Shown: in pieces, positions 9,777-19,989 of the stretch
How the letters are laid out: each line of letters opens with the position of its first letter
How positions within the stretch are numbered: the first letter of the stretch is position 1
Virus record (IMG/VR): IMGVR_UViG_3300009702_000016
Span: 100,032-164,031 of that record
Length of the DNA stretch: 64,000 nt
Strand: one strand, 5' to 3'
DNA from: a virus
Program-made: the position numbers and the translations under genes
The notes under the pieces: model-generated
Told to the model about the DNA's origin: nothing
The model's input: the letters and a program-made list of their open reading frames with translations, nothing else
Database searches by the model: none

Positions 9777-12140
9777 ATGGCATCACTTAGAATAGTAGGT
9801 ATTGACCCGGTCACCTCCGGGAGTAACCAGCTGGCCGCCCAAGGCCTAGATACTGTTCTAATTAACGACATCCACGGGTCAACCGCCCTTAACTTGGTAT
9901 CCACCTCAGGGACGATTGATCTCTTTACGGGTGGAACAGCGGCATCCAATGCTGTTCTATCCCTAGGCACAGGATCTGCCACATTCAATCCTAATAGTCA
10001 GGCCGCCTTCAACGGCGTCACCATTGAGAGTGGTACAGGAACCATAGGCTTAGAGGTACTCTCTCCCGCTACCACGAATAAAACTACTTTGGTAGTTAAG
10101 CAATTAGGAACTGCCGCCGCTTTGGAGGTGTTTGGTACAGGATTAGCCCTCCTGCAGATGGGCGATAGCGGGACCTTCCTGTACAACAAGACTGACAGTG
10201 ACATGGAGTTGTATACGTCAGGGGCAGGCTTACTTACCATAAATAGTGGGGCTACGGGAGGTACTGATCTTACTGTTGACACCAATAGTGCAGGTCAAGG
10301 TTCAGCTATCACTCTTACTGCAGGAGCATCAACTTCAGGTGCCAATAATGGTGGAAACATATTACTTACTGGTGGTTTAACTAGTAGTGCTAGCGTTTTA
10401 AACCACGGTGGTGAAGTTTCCCTGACGGGGGGTGGTGCTACCAGCGCTACTGGTTCCGCCCAGGGTGGGACAGTCCGTGTAACGGGCGGGTCCAGTACTT
10501 CTGGTATTGGTGGTGCTGCTGCTGTTAGGGGAGGAAGAGGAAAAGCTGGAGGTGGTTCTGCTTCCTTAGTTGGAGGAGATAGCACTGACGCTACTACGGC
10601 AGGTGGTAGTGTGTCCGTATTAGCGGGTGGTAACTTAGCTAGCCCTATTTCTGACCATTTTGGTTCTATAACCCTTGGGAATTCTAATACTAGGGACATC
10701 ATAATTGGTGGCGTAACTAACGCCGGTATTCCTGGGACGATCACTGTAACAGGGCAGGGTACTACCGGGGCTAACTCCGGTGGAGCCATATCTGTTGTTG
10801 GTGGAACTACTACTGACGTAAACAGTTCTGGTGGCTCTGTGTCTTTGTTGGGAGGAACGGGCGCTAAACCTGGAGGTCCTGTTACAGTAACAGGAGGCAC
10901 CTGTTCTGTAAGTGGTAACTTGGGTGGTGCGGTTTCAATTAACGGAGGAACAAACTCTGTTAGCGCTATTTCTGACAACTTCGGTTCTATAACGATTGGA
11001 ACAGCAACCACCAAGAACATCGATATTGGTGGTGTGAGTAACTCTGGTGTTCCAGGGACCATTACTGTAACAGGGCAGAGGACCACAGCGAACACATTTG
11101 GTGGGTCTATCCTACTTGTTGGAGGGATTACTGATAGCACCAACAGTGCTCACCACGGCGGTGGTGTATCTGTAACTGGGGGCGATTCTAATTCTAGTGC
11201 TGGTGGTGGGAAGGCAACCCTTACTGGAGGTCACAGTAAATTAGGATCAGGGGGTAATGCCTCACTTGTTGGTGGACCCTCTGACGCCTTTACGGCTGGA
11301 TCAGTAGTTCTTTTCGGGGGGATAACAGCTTCAGCTTCTTACAGCGGTGGAGATGTTATTATTGACGCTGGGTACTCCTCTGATGACTCCTCTCCTGATC
11401 GTCTTGGATCCATTGTTGTTGGTACACAGTTTACTGGTGCTATCACTATAGGAGGATCAACCTCGGTTACGAAAAGCGCAAGTGGGGCCGCTCCCAGTGT
11501 AACTATTCAGGGGTTTAATCACATGGGAGGCTCAGGTGCAGGTCTCGCCAACGGTGGTAATGTTGTAATATCTGGTGGAACCGGAACAGGTCAAATCCTT
11601 AGCGGTACAGGGGGGCCAGGGGGATCTATTCTTATTGATCCTGGAGTTGGTGGAAATATCTCTGCTGATGGAATTATCAGTCTGTTCTCACAGAACGGAG
11701 ATACCCTTTCCATTGGCAATGGGACAGTAGTACCAAAGGTTAACATCAGAGACGGGTACCTGTCCTTCACGGATACTACCTCGACTTCTGACTCCAACCC
11801 GGCTTCTGGGGCCACCACTATAAAGAACTCCCTGTATGCCAAGAATACCCCTGACTCTTGGCTATTGGCGTTTAGTAATGTGTTGCAGGATAGTTTTGGG
11901 ATATTATCTATTGCTAACTTCAGCCTAGGTATACGGGTGACTTTCCAGCATTCTGCCACAGCCTCGTTGTCACAGAGCTTTTTCTTGACGGGTCATCCTT
12001 CAACTCCGTTTTATTTGACAGTTAGTCAATATGCTGTTAATATGGTTACAGTCCGTGGTTGGAATACTTCAGGAGTCGAAGTTAATCTCACGACTGGATC
12101 CCTTGTGTGGCAGTTGCTTAGAATGGCAGAAATCGCATGA
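9777..12140 (+). CDS. glycine-rich tail fibre protein
   Basis: 787 aa with GG-x-V-x-L/I-x-GG repeats and 107-aa internal duplication. Confidence 0.75.
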   Translation: MASLRIVGIDPVTSGSNQLAAQGLDTVLINDIHGSTALNLVSTSGTIDLFTGGTAASNAVLSLGTGSATFNPNSQAAFNGVTIESGTGTIGLEVLSPATTNKTTLVVKQLGTAAALEVFGTGLALLQMGDSGTFLYNKTDSDMELYTSGAGLLTINSGATGGTDLTVDTNSAGQGSAITLTAGASTSGANNGGNILLTGGLTSSASVLNHGGEVSLTGGGATSATGSAQGGTVRVTGGSSTSGIGGAAAVRGGRGKAGGGSASLVGGDSTDATTAGGSVSVLAGGNLASPISDHFGSITLGNSNTRDIIIGGVTNAGIPGTITVTGQGTTGANSGGAISVVGGTTTDVNSSGGSVSLLGGTGAKPGGPVTVTGGTCSVSGNLGGAVSINGGTNSVSAISDNFGSITIGTATTKNIDIGGVSNSGVPGTITVTGQRTTANTFGGSILLVGGITDSTNSAHHGGGVSVTGGDSNSSAGGGKATLTGGHSKLGSGGNASLVGGPSDAFTAGSVVLFGGITASASYSGGDVIIDAGYSSDDSSPDRLGSIVVGTQFTGAITIGGSTSVTKSASGAAPSVTIQGFNHMGGSGAGLANGGNVVISGGTGTGQILSGTGGPGGSILIDPGVGGNISADGIISLFSQNGDTLSIGNGTVVPKVNIRDGYLSFTDTTSTSDSNPASGATTIKNSLYAKNTPDSWLLAFSNVLQDSFGILSIANFSLGIRVTFQHSATASLSQSFFLTGHPSTPFYLTVSQYAVNMVTVRGWNTSGVEVNLTTGSLVWQLLRMAEIA
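10605..11090 (+). repeat. internal 321-bp (107 aa) duplication in fibre gene
   Basis: CTATTTCTGAC at 10645 and 10966; ISDxFGSITxG...GxPGTITVTGQ twice. Confidence 0.8.
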
Positions 12141-12532
12141 CTGAGACTTTAGTAACTTCATTCGCGCCTTCTGGCGTTCATGGTGTAGACCTTTCTTTAT
12201 CTATCTCTGGTCTTACGCTAACGGTACCTGCAGCTTCTGTGATGTACAAGTCTTCTTCCTATGTCCTTGCGCTGGATGAGGTACATACAGTAGGTAGTTA
12301 CGTAGTAGACTGTGTGGTTGCTGGGTATCTAGTTATTGACACAGCAAACTCGAATGACCTTAGGGTTTTTGTTGATGAGTTTCTGCAGGATGGTATAGAT
12401 GCTCCCTACGAGTTTGAAAATAGCCCCTACGAGCTAATAACCTGCCTATATCAGTTCACCGTACCTCCAGGAACTACTGACTTGTCTACGCTAGATTGGT
12501 ATCGCTGGTCTATTGCACCGGAGCCGAACTGA
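12137..12532 (+). CDS. fibre-associated protein
   Basis: ATGA overlap with fibre gene. Confidence 0.55.
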   Translation: MTETLVTSFAPSGVHGVDLSLSISGLTLTVPAASVMYKSSSYVLALDEVHTVGSYVVDCVVAGYLVIDTANSNDLRVFVDEFLQDGIDAPYEFENSPYELITCLYQFTVPPGTTDLSTLDWYRWSIAPEPN

Positions 12533-12735
12533 TGTCACAGCCTGCCTTGTCTTCTAAGTTTTTGCCCCTTTCGGCTAAGGCTCAGAAAGAAAGAGATGTG
12601 CGTTCTGCTCTAAAGTCAGCAGAGCTTCTGGCAGCCCCTTTGAGTACGAAGACGTTCGCTCAGCTTACTGCTGCAGAGAAAGATACGTTGCTTGAGGTTA
12701 TCGCTTTGCGCCTCGGCCTTGTAAAACCAACCTAG
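12532..12735 (+). CDS. small fibre-associated protein (possible chaperone)
   Basis: TGATG coupling; ATG 12532 preferred over track start. Confidence 0.55.
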   Translation: MSQPALSSKFLPLSAKAQKERDVRSALKSAELLAAPLSTKTFAQLTAAEKDTLLEVIALRLGLVKPT

Positions 12736-12793
12736 GGACATTACCCTAGGCCCTAAAGAAAATCCAAAATACCTTAGAAGGAGATAGTACCCA

Positions 12794-13234
12794 ATGGCTA
12801 CTAAGACCGTAGAAGTAGATCGCAAGAGCCTGTCCACGTCCGATGCCAAGGAGCTTCAGGAACTGATGGCCAGTCTAGACTCCCTGCGTGCTCAGTATGG
12901 GCAGCACCAGTTCAACCTTGACTACCTTCGTGCGCAGTACGAGAATGCAGTCCAGCAGACTGCAGAAGATGGCGACAACCTGCGTAAGGGCATCCAAGAA
13001 GCACAAACAGCTGTTCAGGAACGCAGCCAAGAGTTGTTGACCTCTTATGACATCGACACCTCGGGTGGCGGCTGGTCCCTGGATACCGCCGTGGGAGCCT
13101 TTGTCCAGTACCGTGAAGAGGAAGTCAAGCCGAAGCGTCGTGCACGCAGCGCAAAGCCTCGTAAGTCCCGGAAGAATGGGAAGGCTACTAAGACTAAGCG
13201 CGCTCCTCGGCGTGCCGCGAAGAAGTCGGCGTGA
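12794..13234 (+). CDS. coiled-coil protein with basic C-terminal tail
   Basis: AAGGAG RBS; heptad-like middle; K/R-rich end. Confidence 0.75.
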   Translation: MATKTVEVDRKSLSTSDAKELQELMASLDSLRAQYGQHQFNLDYLRAQYENAVQQTAEDGDNLRKGIQEAQTAVQERSQELLTSYDIDTSGGGWSLDTAVGAFVQYREEEVKPKRRARSAKPRKSRKNGKATKTKRAPRRAAKKSA

Positions 13235-13548
13235 CCTCTGGGGTTCCTTTCGAGGTAGCTCTTTTGGCGATGTATGGGATCACCTTCTTTGTGAGGGAGT
13301 CCCATATATTTACGCCGATTCGAGCGCGTCTAACCTCGTTCAAATTTTTCTCCGACATGCTGTCCTGTGTTTACTGCACAGGGTTCCATGCGGGGTGGGT
13401 AGTTTTCTTGCTACTTGAGCCTTTCCCTAGCCCTGAGTCATTTTCATTTTCCTTTGTTGGTGACCTTTTAGTCTATGCATTTGCTGGAATGGCTTTTTCT
13501 GGCGTCATGGATGCCTTTGCTGTACGGTTAGAGGGAAACGGTTTCTAA
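13231..13548 (+). CDS. DUF1360-like membrane protein
   Basis: IFTPIR...MLSCVYCTGFH motif with flanking TM segments. Confidence 0.6.
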   Translation: MTSGVPFEVALLAMYGITFFVRESHIFTPIRARLTSFKFFSDMLSCVYCTGFHAGWVVFLLLEPFPSPESFSFSFVGDLLVYAFAGMAFSGVMDAFAVRLEGNGF

Positions 13549-13561
13549 CCCGTATGCGCCG

Positions 13562-14371
13562 TTGGTTATTTACGCGGGTATGCTACAGCCAAGAACAGCT
13601 GCTCAGCTATTTTCTAACGTGTCACCTATTACTGTGAAGTATAGCAGGAATCACGATTGTGGTGTCTCGCTCAAGCAGGAACCTGGACTTTACATGGCTC
13701 CTCCAGATTACCCTGCACTTCATAATCTTGGGCCAGTTTACCGTCAATTTTATGGTGCACAGTGCCATAACGTGTCCTATGACGATGGACGGAAGCCGAA
13801 GGAAGGGAAGCCTCATCTTGTCATCCTTTGTTGGGCCGGTGAGCCCGTTCCGGGGGTTAGTTCAGACGAGAGGGAAGATCCTCGTCCATCTTTGAATAGT
13901 CCTATTTGGGTGTCCTGCTCCTGTGAGTTTTTCCTCTATACCTGTGAGTGGGCACTAGCTCGTTACGGGTCTTCCGACATCTTGTACAGCAATGGAAAGG
14001 CTGCTCGGATGAGGAACCCCAGAGGGATTCCTGTGGTGTGTAAACACATCTATTTGGCATTGAAGCAGGGGCTAAGGGACTACACCCCTGTTCCAAGGCA
14101 GGAGCAGGAACCGCAGGAACCGCAGGAAGTCCAGCAAGAGGAGCAGGCTCAGCCCCAAGAGCCGATCCAGGTGCCGCAGGAAGCCCTCCAAGAGGAACAG
14201 ACAACTCCTCCCGAGGAAGCCGATGTGGGCTCCCCTCCCCCCGTTACTCTGGATAATCTAGATAAGCTGGAGCTATTTTCATCCTATACTCCTCCGAGAA
14301 TAGATAGGTATACCTCTAGTTCGATGTTTCTTCGTTCTCTGGCTTTTCCTACATGTCCGTGTGACGATTAG
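13562..14371 (+). CDS. SWIM-type zinc finger protein
   Basis: VSCSCEFF...NPRG...CKHIY (CxC...CxH); Q/E/P low-complexity tail. Confidence 0.7.
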   Translation: MVIYAGMLQPRTAAQLFSNVSPITVKYSRNHDCGVSLKQEPGLYMAPPDYPALHNLGPVYRQFYGAQCHNVSYDDGRKPKEGKPHLVILCWAGEPVPGVSSDEREDPRPSLNSPIWVSCSCEFFLYTCEWALARYGSSDILYSNGKAARMRNPRGIPVVCKHIYLALKQGLRDYTPVPRQEQEPQEPQEVQQEEQAQPQEPIQVPQEALQEEQTTPPEEADVGSPPPVTLDNLDKLELFSSYTPPRIDRYTSSSMFLRSLAFPTCPCDD

Positions 14372-16149
14372 TGGGCCGTCTCAGGGAAATATTCAAGATT
14401 GCGAACGGAAAGCTTCCTAGTCAGAACTCCGCATACGTAAAGTTGCGAGGTATTGCCTATCCCATCGATGTATTCCTTTCTGGGTCTCTTCGGTTCGCTA
14501 GAAAGATTGGAAGTCCGCTACCGATTTGGCTTCCTGATAATCAGACTACTCTAGCTTCCGATGCTTCCCTCAGCAGCGACCAGATCTCTCTTTCGCGTCC
14601 TCTGTCTTGGTTCACACTGGGAAGTAAGGTCGTTATTGGCGAGAACTTCTACACGTTTGTTGATGACATCTTGGATGAAGGTCTCACGCTGTCCTTGACG
14701 GATAAGACTACTTTGTCTTATGCAGCTGGATCTACAGTGGACCTTTATGGCCATCCTTTAGAGATCAACGGTACCTTTCCCTATCTGAGCGATCTTCCTC
14801 CGCTTCCAGATGAGTTTGTCCACGATCTTGTTCCTCGATCTTCTGTTGTTGCTTTGGCGGATACGAACCAGGTTCTCTCCGGGGAGCCAACGATTGACGA
14901 TGTTTTGGCTGTTGCAGGGGATCGTGTTCTTCTTCTGAATCAGGCTGATCCTACAGAGAATGGTATTTGGGAGGTTTCAGTATTTGGGTGGACCCGACCT
15001 TCAGACTTTTCTCCCGGTACTCATGCAAGCAAGGCACACGTCTTCGTCCTCGGGGGAACGGTTTACGCTGTGTCCTCTTGGGTGTGCACAGCGTCATCGT
15101 CCTTGGACACCATCGACACTGACCCTCTTACGTGGTCTAGGTTTTCAAACGTCACAACTTTTGTGGTACACAGCGAGTACTTTATCTACCCAGGAGATGA
15201 GATAAATTACGGGTTTTCTGACTACAGGGTGGCTGAGGCATTAGATGTAGGGACTACCACAGATGGTAGGACCACCTACCAGATTACGATTGATCTGGGG
15301 ATTCCTGCTACCCTTACTGATGGGGCATCTGACCAGGTGTACTTGAGGGCATACCCTGCTTATGCATCGACCCCACGTCCCCTTCCTAAGATCCCAATGA
15401 CAAACAGTACGATTGGACCCTTCCTGTACGATAGAGTTAGTGGGAGCTTTTTTGAAGATCTGTACGTGGAAGAAGTGGACGTTGTGAACTTGCACAGCTC
15501 TTCCGGGGATATCACATCCCGAACATTAGACGCGGGGAAGAACAGTCTTGTTTATTCCATCCCCCTTTCTTCTGATTCCTTTCTTTTCTGGGATAAGACT
15601 CGTGGAAGCCTAAACTACAGTCGGTCACTACAGACCTTCGTTGCTTTTACGGACACGAAGGGTAAGTTCCACATGTACTTTGAGTGTGTTCCTAAGATGG
15701 CCCACACAGCAGGGTTTGAGGGATGGAGAGTCAAGGTAAAACCTGACAGGGATGTTCATATGGTGGTGGAGTTGGAGCCTAATCCACTTCCAGACGCTAT
15801 TCCTCCAGCTACTCGAAGAGGTACGTCCCTCACAGGGGGTCTTGAAACCTACGTAAACATTGATTTCCCCGAGGGAAGTGACCCCATCTCTAGGATACAT
15901 GTGTCTTTTGACTCTGAGATCGTATCAGGAGACTATCACGAAGGGACTCGTATTGACATGGGAAGTTGGGAAACCCGTGGGGTACCGTCTCTCTCCTTCA
16001 TTTCACATGCTACCATCGCTAAGGTTGTTGGGGGACATGTTTGGGCTTCGGGATCCGCTATGGCTAAGCCTTATTGGTTACGTCTAGCGTATCTAAAAGT
16101 GCAATCAGACTTGTATGCTAGATTTAATGGCGGCCTACTTTCTACTTAA
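14371..16149 (+). CDS. virion/tail protein with common phage fibre domain
   Basis: LSGEPTIDDVLAVAGDRVLLLNQADPTENGIW...WTRPSD motif. Confidence 0.65.
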   Translation: MGRLREIFKIANGKLPSQNSAYVKLRGIAYPIDVFLSGSLRFARKIGSPLPIWLPDNQTTLASDASLSSDQISLSRPLSWFTLGSKVVIGENFYTFVDDILDEGLTLSLTDKTTLSYAAGSTVDLYGHPLEINGTFPYLSDLPPLPDEFVHDLVPRSSVVALADTNQVLSGEPTIDDVLAVAGDRVLLLNQADPTENGIWEVSVFGWTRPSDFSPGTHASKAHVFVLGGTVYAVSSWVCTASSSLDTIDTDPLTWSRFSNVTTFVVHSEYFIYPGDEINYGFSDYRVAEALDVGTTTDGRTTYQITIDLGIPATLTDGASDQVYLRAYPAYASTPRPLPKIPMTNSTIGPFLYDRVSGSFFEDLYVEEVDVVNLHSSSGDITSRTLDAGKNSLVYSIPLSSDSFLFWDKTRGSLNYSRSLQTFVAFTDTKGKFHMYFECVPKMAHTAGFEGWRVKVKPDRDVHMVVELEPNPLPDAIPPATRRGTSLTGGLETYVNIDFPEGSDPISRIHVSFDSEIVSGDYHEGTRIDMGSWETRGVPSLSFISHATIAKVVGGHVWASGSAMAKPYWLRLAYLKVQSDLYARFNGGLLST

Positions 16150-16161
16150 CTAGGACTACTC

Positions 16162-18429
16162 ATGCGTAGAATATTACTAGCTGCTCCGGTCTCCATAGAC
16201 CTGTTGAATTTCGAACGAGAAGCGTTTATCGACGAAATTCTTAATAGGACACGTCTGCTGTTTGCTAGCTATGATCCCGCTCTTGGTCGGTTCGGTATCG
16301 TAGACAAGGATGACCCTAAAACTGCGCTGTCCGGTGACACTTCACGTTCCTTTGTGGTATCCGTGAATGCGACAGATTCTACCGCCATCGATGTGAGTGG
16401 AGGAACTGCTGTTTTTTCAACGGGAGAGGTGCTTGTGCTGGACACCGGGGTGGAGCGTCGTTCCGTTCCCGGAGGCATCGGTACGACGAGCGTAGTCTAC
16501 CTAGAGTTCTCGGAATTGGAGACAGCTACCCGCCTAACACGATGGGATACGCCAGCCAACACGATGGTTGACTTCTTGGCCTCCTCCGCAGACTACATCA
16601 AAGTGGATCTGAAGAGTACCTATGACGCGCTAACGATTGCCGAGAAGGACCTTACAATCCCTCTTGCAGTGGTCTCCGTTCAGGAAGTTGTTACGGGAGT
16701 TGGAACAGCTTCGACGCTTGTCGTTGACCATACGACTACTCAGTTGAGTGTGAACCGCCCTTGGTTTAGCCCTGTGGACATCGAGCACAGAAGCTACCAT
16801 GGATCGGGGGTTGCCTCTACAAGCAACCCTCATGCGATTTCGTTGAACGACGTATCTGCTTCGAGCACCCAGACGCTGTTCCAGATCCAGTTAGATCACG
16901 GAATGATTGTTTCGAAGGACAAGTCCCTCGCAAAGGTTCCTGGAAAGCTGTGCGTGGAGACCATCCTTGAGGCCGCGATTACTGAGGATACGACAGGGTC
17001 GGTTACAGGCATCGTGGGAGGTTATTGGTTCGCTACTTCTAACTTCCCCACGCTTGTGATTAGGGCTACTGATACTTCCACTGGTTTTGACTACGCTCCT
17101 CTTCAGATCAAGAGGACAAACAAGGTTTTCCTCCTTCCTAGTGATCAGTACGTTTCAGGAACCGACATTGAGGTAACGTATCTTACTACAGATGCCGCCG
17201 AGCCTTCCACCGCAACGCCCATAACTAGCCTGTCTTTCAAGCAGGTTGGGGATCGAGAGACAGTTATCTCCGAAGGCTTGGTGGTCAACTCGATCACTGC
17301 GGACACCCTGTCCTTTTCGGATGCGGGTCCTGTTCCTCAGCGTTTCATCGTTTACATGAACTCCTCCGGTGAGTTCAAGCGCTATCCTCAGACTTGTGCT
17401 TCCTACGTCAAGCTGTCCTCTATCGGAACAACACCACAGTCTTTCACTCAGGATTTACTGGGTGCCGCTCCTCTTAAGCTTGCTCTTCAGGGAGCCGTTC
17501 CTTCTCCCACACTGACAGTCACTGTTCAGGTTTCTGGATTGGACCAGAATGGGTCCACTATCAGTGAGGATGTGACATTTACTGACGCTACTTGGACGGA
17601 CAATGCGGCAGGTACCTGTACGGAAGAGCCTCAGCAATTCGCTTATACAATCAATACCTTCACTTCGGTCTTCAACTACATTGTAACGACAAACATAGAC
17701 TCTGGTCCTGCGGCCTCGCTTGCTATTTACGGTGACATCACTCCTGAGCTAACACCGGAGCTTGCGGACATCCTCCCTGTTGTTGATATTCTGTGGGATG
17801 GACTTCAGGTTTGTGAGCTTGAGGATATCCGCCCCATCAACACTCAGATGTCTCTTCCTAGAGTTACGAAGTATTCCGGGTCTTCCGTGGCTTCTGCGGA
17901 GGGAACGTTAGTGTACACGGCAGGTTCCTTGTTCAATCATTGGGTGGAAGACTTTGATCAGCCTAAGTTCATCACGAACAAATGGTCTGACGATGCAGCA
18001 GACACGCTAGCCGGAAGTGTCGCCTTTCCTCCATTTGACACCAAGATGCGAAAGATTTTTGATGGCTTAGACCTGCGCGATGTCTACGTGAGCAAGCCGA
18101 TTGCCGTCAGGCCGCACCTCGATGCGCCAGTGGCTCTAAGGTTTATCCCTATCGAGCCTGGTCGCGATTTTAAGCTGTACGCACGCTACTTTGATGGGAC
18201 CGCTCTTTGGTCTCCATGGTTGGATTCTGGAAGCATGTTTATGCCTCCCTACAAGGTATCTCTGACTGGGGCTGTGACTCCTCTCGTGAAGTGGCAGATG
18301 GCTGTTTCTGGTCAGTGCAAGGGCATGATTATTGTCTATGTCGTTGACTCCGTTCCTGGGGCCGGTGGTGGTCTTCCTCCTGAGTTCGCCTGGGACGTTG
18401 GTGTCTGGGACGATGGTGCTTTCTCTTGA
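16162..18429 (+). CDS. baseplate/tail structural protein
   Basis: 755 aa beta-rich; H...SNPHAI motif seen in fibre proteins. Confidence 0.6.
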   Translation: MRRILLAAPVSIDLLNFEREAFIDEILNRTRLLFASYDPALGRFGIVDKDDPKTALSGDTSRSFVVSVNATDSTAIDVSGGTAVFSTGEVLVLDTGVERRSVPGGIGTTSVVYLEFSELETATRLTRWDTPANTMVDFLASSADYIKVDLKSTYDALTIAEKDLTIPLAVVSVQEVVTGVGTASTLVVDHTTTQLSVNRPWFSPVDIEHRSYHGSGVASTSNPHAISLNDVSASSTQTLFQIQLDHGMIVSKDKSLAKVPGKLCVETILEAAITEDTTGSVTGIVGGYWFATSNFPTLVIRATDTSTGFDYAPLQIKRTNKVFLLPSDQYVSGTDIEVTYLTTDAAEPSTATPITSLSFKQVGDRETVISEGLVVNSITADTLSFSDAGPVPQRFIVYMNSSGEFKRYPQTCASYVKLSSIGTTPQSFTQDLLGAAPLKLALQGAVPSPTLTVTVQVSGLDQNGSTISEDVTFTDATWTDNAAGTCTEEPQQFAYTINTFTSVFNYIVTTNIDSGPAASLAIYGDITPELTPELADILPVVDILWDGLQVCELEDIRPINTQMSLPRVTKYSGSSVASAEGTLVYTAGSLFNHWVEDFDQPKFITNKWSDDAADTLAGSVAFPPFDTKMRKIFDGLDLRDVYVSKPIAVRPHLDAPVALRFIPIEPGRDFKLYARYFDGTALWSPWLDSGSMFMPPYKVSLTGAVTPLVKWQMAVSGQCKGMIIVYVVDSVPGAGGGLPPEFAWDVGVWDDGAFS

Positions 18430-18441
18430 TCCCGGTATTCT

Positions 18442-19989
18442 ATGTCTAATCGTATCGTACTTAATAGCAATGAGATTGCCACCAACGAGGATGTCCAGAG
18501 TGCCCAAGACTGGCTGTCTCGTGACCTTAGTCGTGTTCTAGAGGGACTTACATTTGGTTCGTTAGACCATAAGCCTTCATCGGGATTCGAAGGCGGTGCG
18601 ATTGTATCTGGACTCGAAGTTAGTTTGTCTTCCTCAAACTTGACTGCTGTCATATCTCCCGGTGTTGCTGTTTTCTTTGATGAGTCAGTCGACACAACGA
18701 AAGATAGTCCCTACAAGATAGGGACACTCACAAGCCCTCAGACTGTCACCCTAAAGCCAGCTTCTCCGGTGTCTCGTTGGGACCTCATAGAGATTTCTCT
18801 AGGGGAAGTGACAACCTCTGAGATTAGAAGGGTAAAGGGACCCTCTGGATTCACTGATACATCAGTTCCTAAGGTAGTCACTAGGTCCATCACGGCCAGA
18901 GTCCGCCAAGGTGAAGCTTTTTTTCAGACTTTGCCTGTCATAACCTTGGCTGGATATCTTCCTCTTGCAGGATTAAAGGTTACCGTTGGGGCATCTACGC
19001 TAAGTAATAGCGTACCAATTGATTTCCGTAAGATGGCAAGTAACTTCTCCCCAAGTGCTTCCTATACTGAGCCGTTTGGTTTGGATGGATTTTCTAGGCC
19101 TGTGTCTTTCCGTGTCAAAGAGGACAACTTTACTGTATCCACTTCCAGAAATACAGCTATAATCGGACAGTATCGGGGACCCGTAGCCTCTTCGTTGTCC
19201 ATCTCTGCCCTCGGTCTAGCTACGGAGCTTACTGAGTCTCCGCTGGTAACCCTTGACGATTCTTCTCCTGACAGTTTTCCGGCTTCTTCTTGGCGGTACT
19301 TGTACGCCTATCGTCCCTCTTTTTTGTGCGGTTATACTTCCCTGTGTTTCTCTCCGGTACCTCCCAGAGTTCCTGGCTCTTCTGGCTTTGGTCCAGTTGA
19401 TAGTATACGTCCTTCGTCTGCTTTTAGTCCCCCTGCTCCGTTCAATCCAGCAGAGTTGATAGGTGTTGGGTAAGCACTCTACATGGGGGCCTTTCTCACG
19501 TACACGGACTCCGTGTCTTCGACAACTAAAATTCGTCCCTCTGTGAAGTCTGGCGGGTTCACTCGGCAGATCTATCTGGCAGAAGCTCCCAGCACTCCTC
19601 CCTCCGCTTCTTCCGCTACAGGAGGAGAGATTATTGATCCCAACTCTTCTATTGTGTCCTCCATTCTCGTAAACCCAAGAGATCTGCTAGTTGGGGCACC
19701 ACACCCTATGTCAGCTACCATGGTCCGGGTGGATGTTCGTCTTCGCTCCTCTTCCTCCTTTCCGGTGGGAACGCTCCACACTTTCCGGTTCCGTTTGGTT
19801 TATGCCGGTTCATCTGACGAATCTGTTCTTGATATTAGAAGGCTTGATTCCGGCGAGGTTGTTAGCTTCATGGTTGACATCCCTCTGCCTGAGACGTCCT
19901 ACAAATCACTGATAGTAGACACTGACTCCACTGCGGTTTCTGGTAACATTATTACCTTACGCGCCGTTGGCTTTTTCGAGGCCGTCTGA
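18442..19989 (+). CDS. minor tail protein, apparently one gene interrupted by in-frame TAA at 19471-19473 (ORFs 18442-19473 and 19483-19989)
   Basis: same frame, ELIGVG*ALYMGAFLT; N-terminal GLEV...VISPGVA...RWDLI tail-protein pattern. Confidence 0.5.

Noticed and set aside
7136-11959. Minus-strand ORFs opposite the fibre genes (also 44309-44992, 48408-48929, 49139-49789, 61740-62156)
   Set aside because: Antisense shadows of low-complexity + strand genes, with no recognisable motifs
7061-12140. Diversity-generating retroelement or invertible fibre cassette
   Set aside because: No reverse transcriptase or invertase seen, and no template/variable repeat pair differing at adenines
12731-12760. 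CCTAGGG/CCCTAGG inverted repeat and recurring intergenic CCCTA[AG] words
   Set aside because: Too short to distinguish from compositional bias without statistics
16147-18444. Readthrough at other same-frame gene junctions (16149/16162, 18429/18442, 50484/50488, 59658/59662)
   Set aside because: Downstream genes have ATG starts and self-contained N-termini; same-frame adjacency is expected by chance
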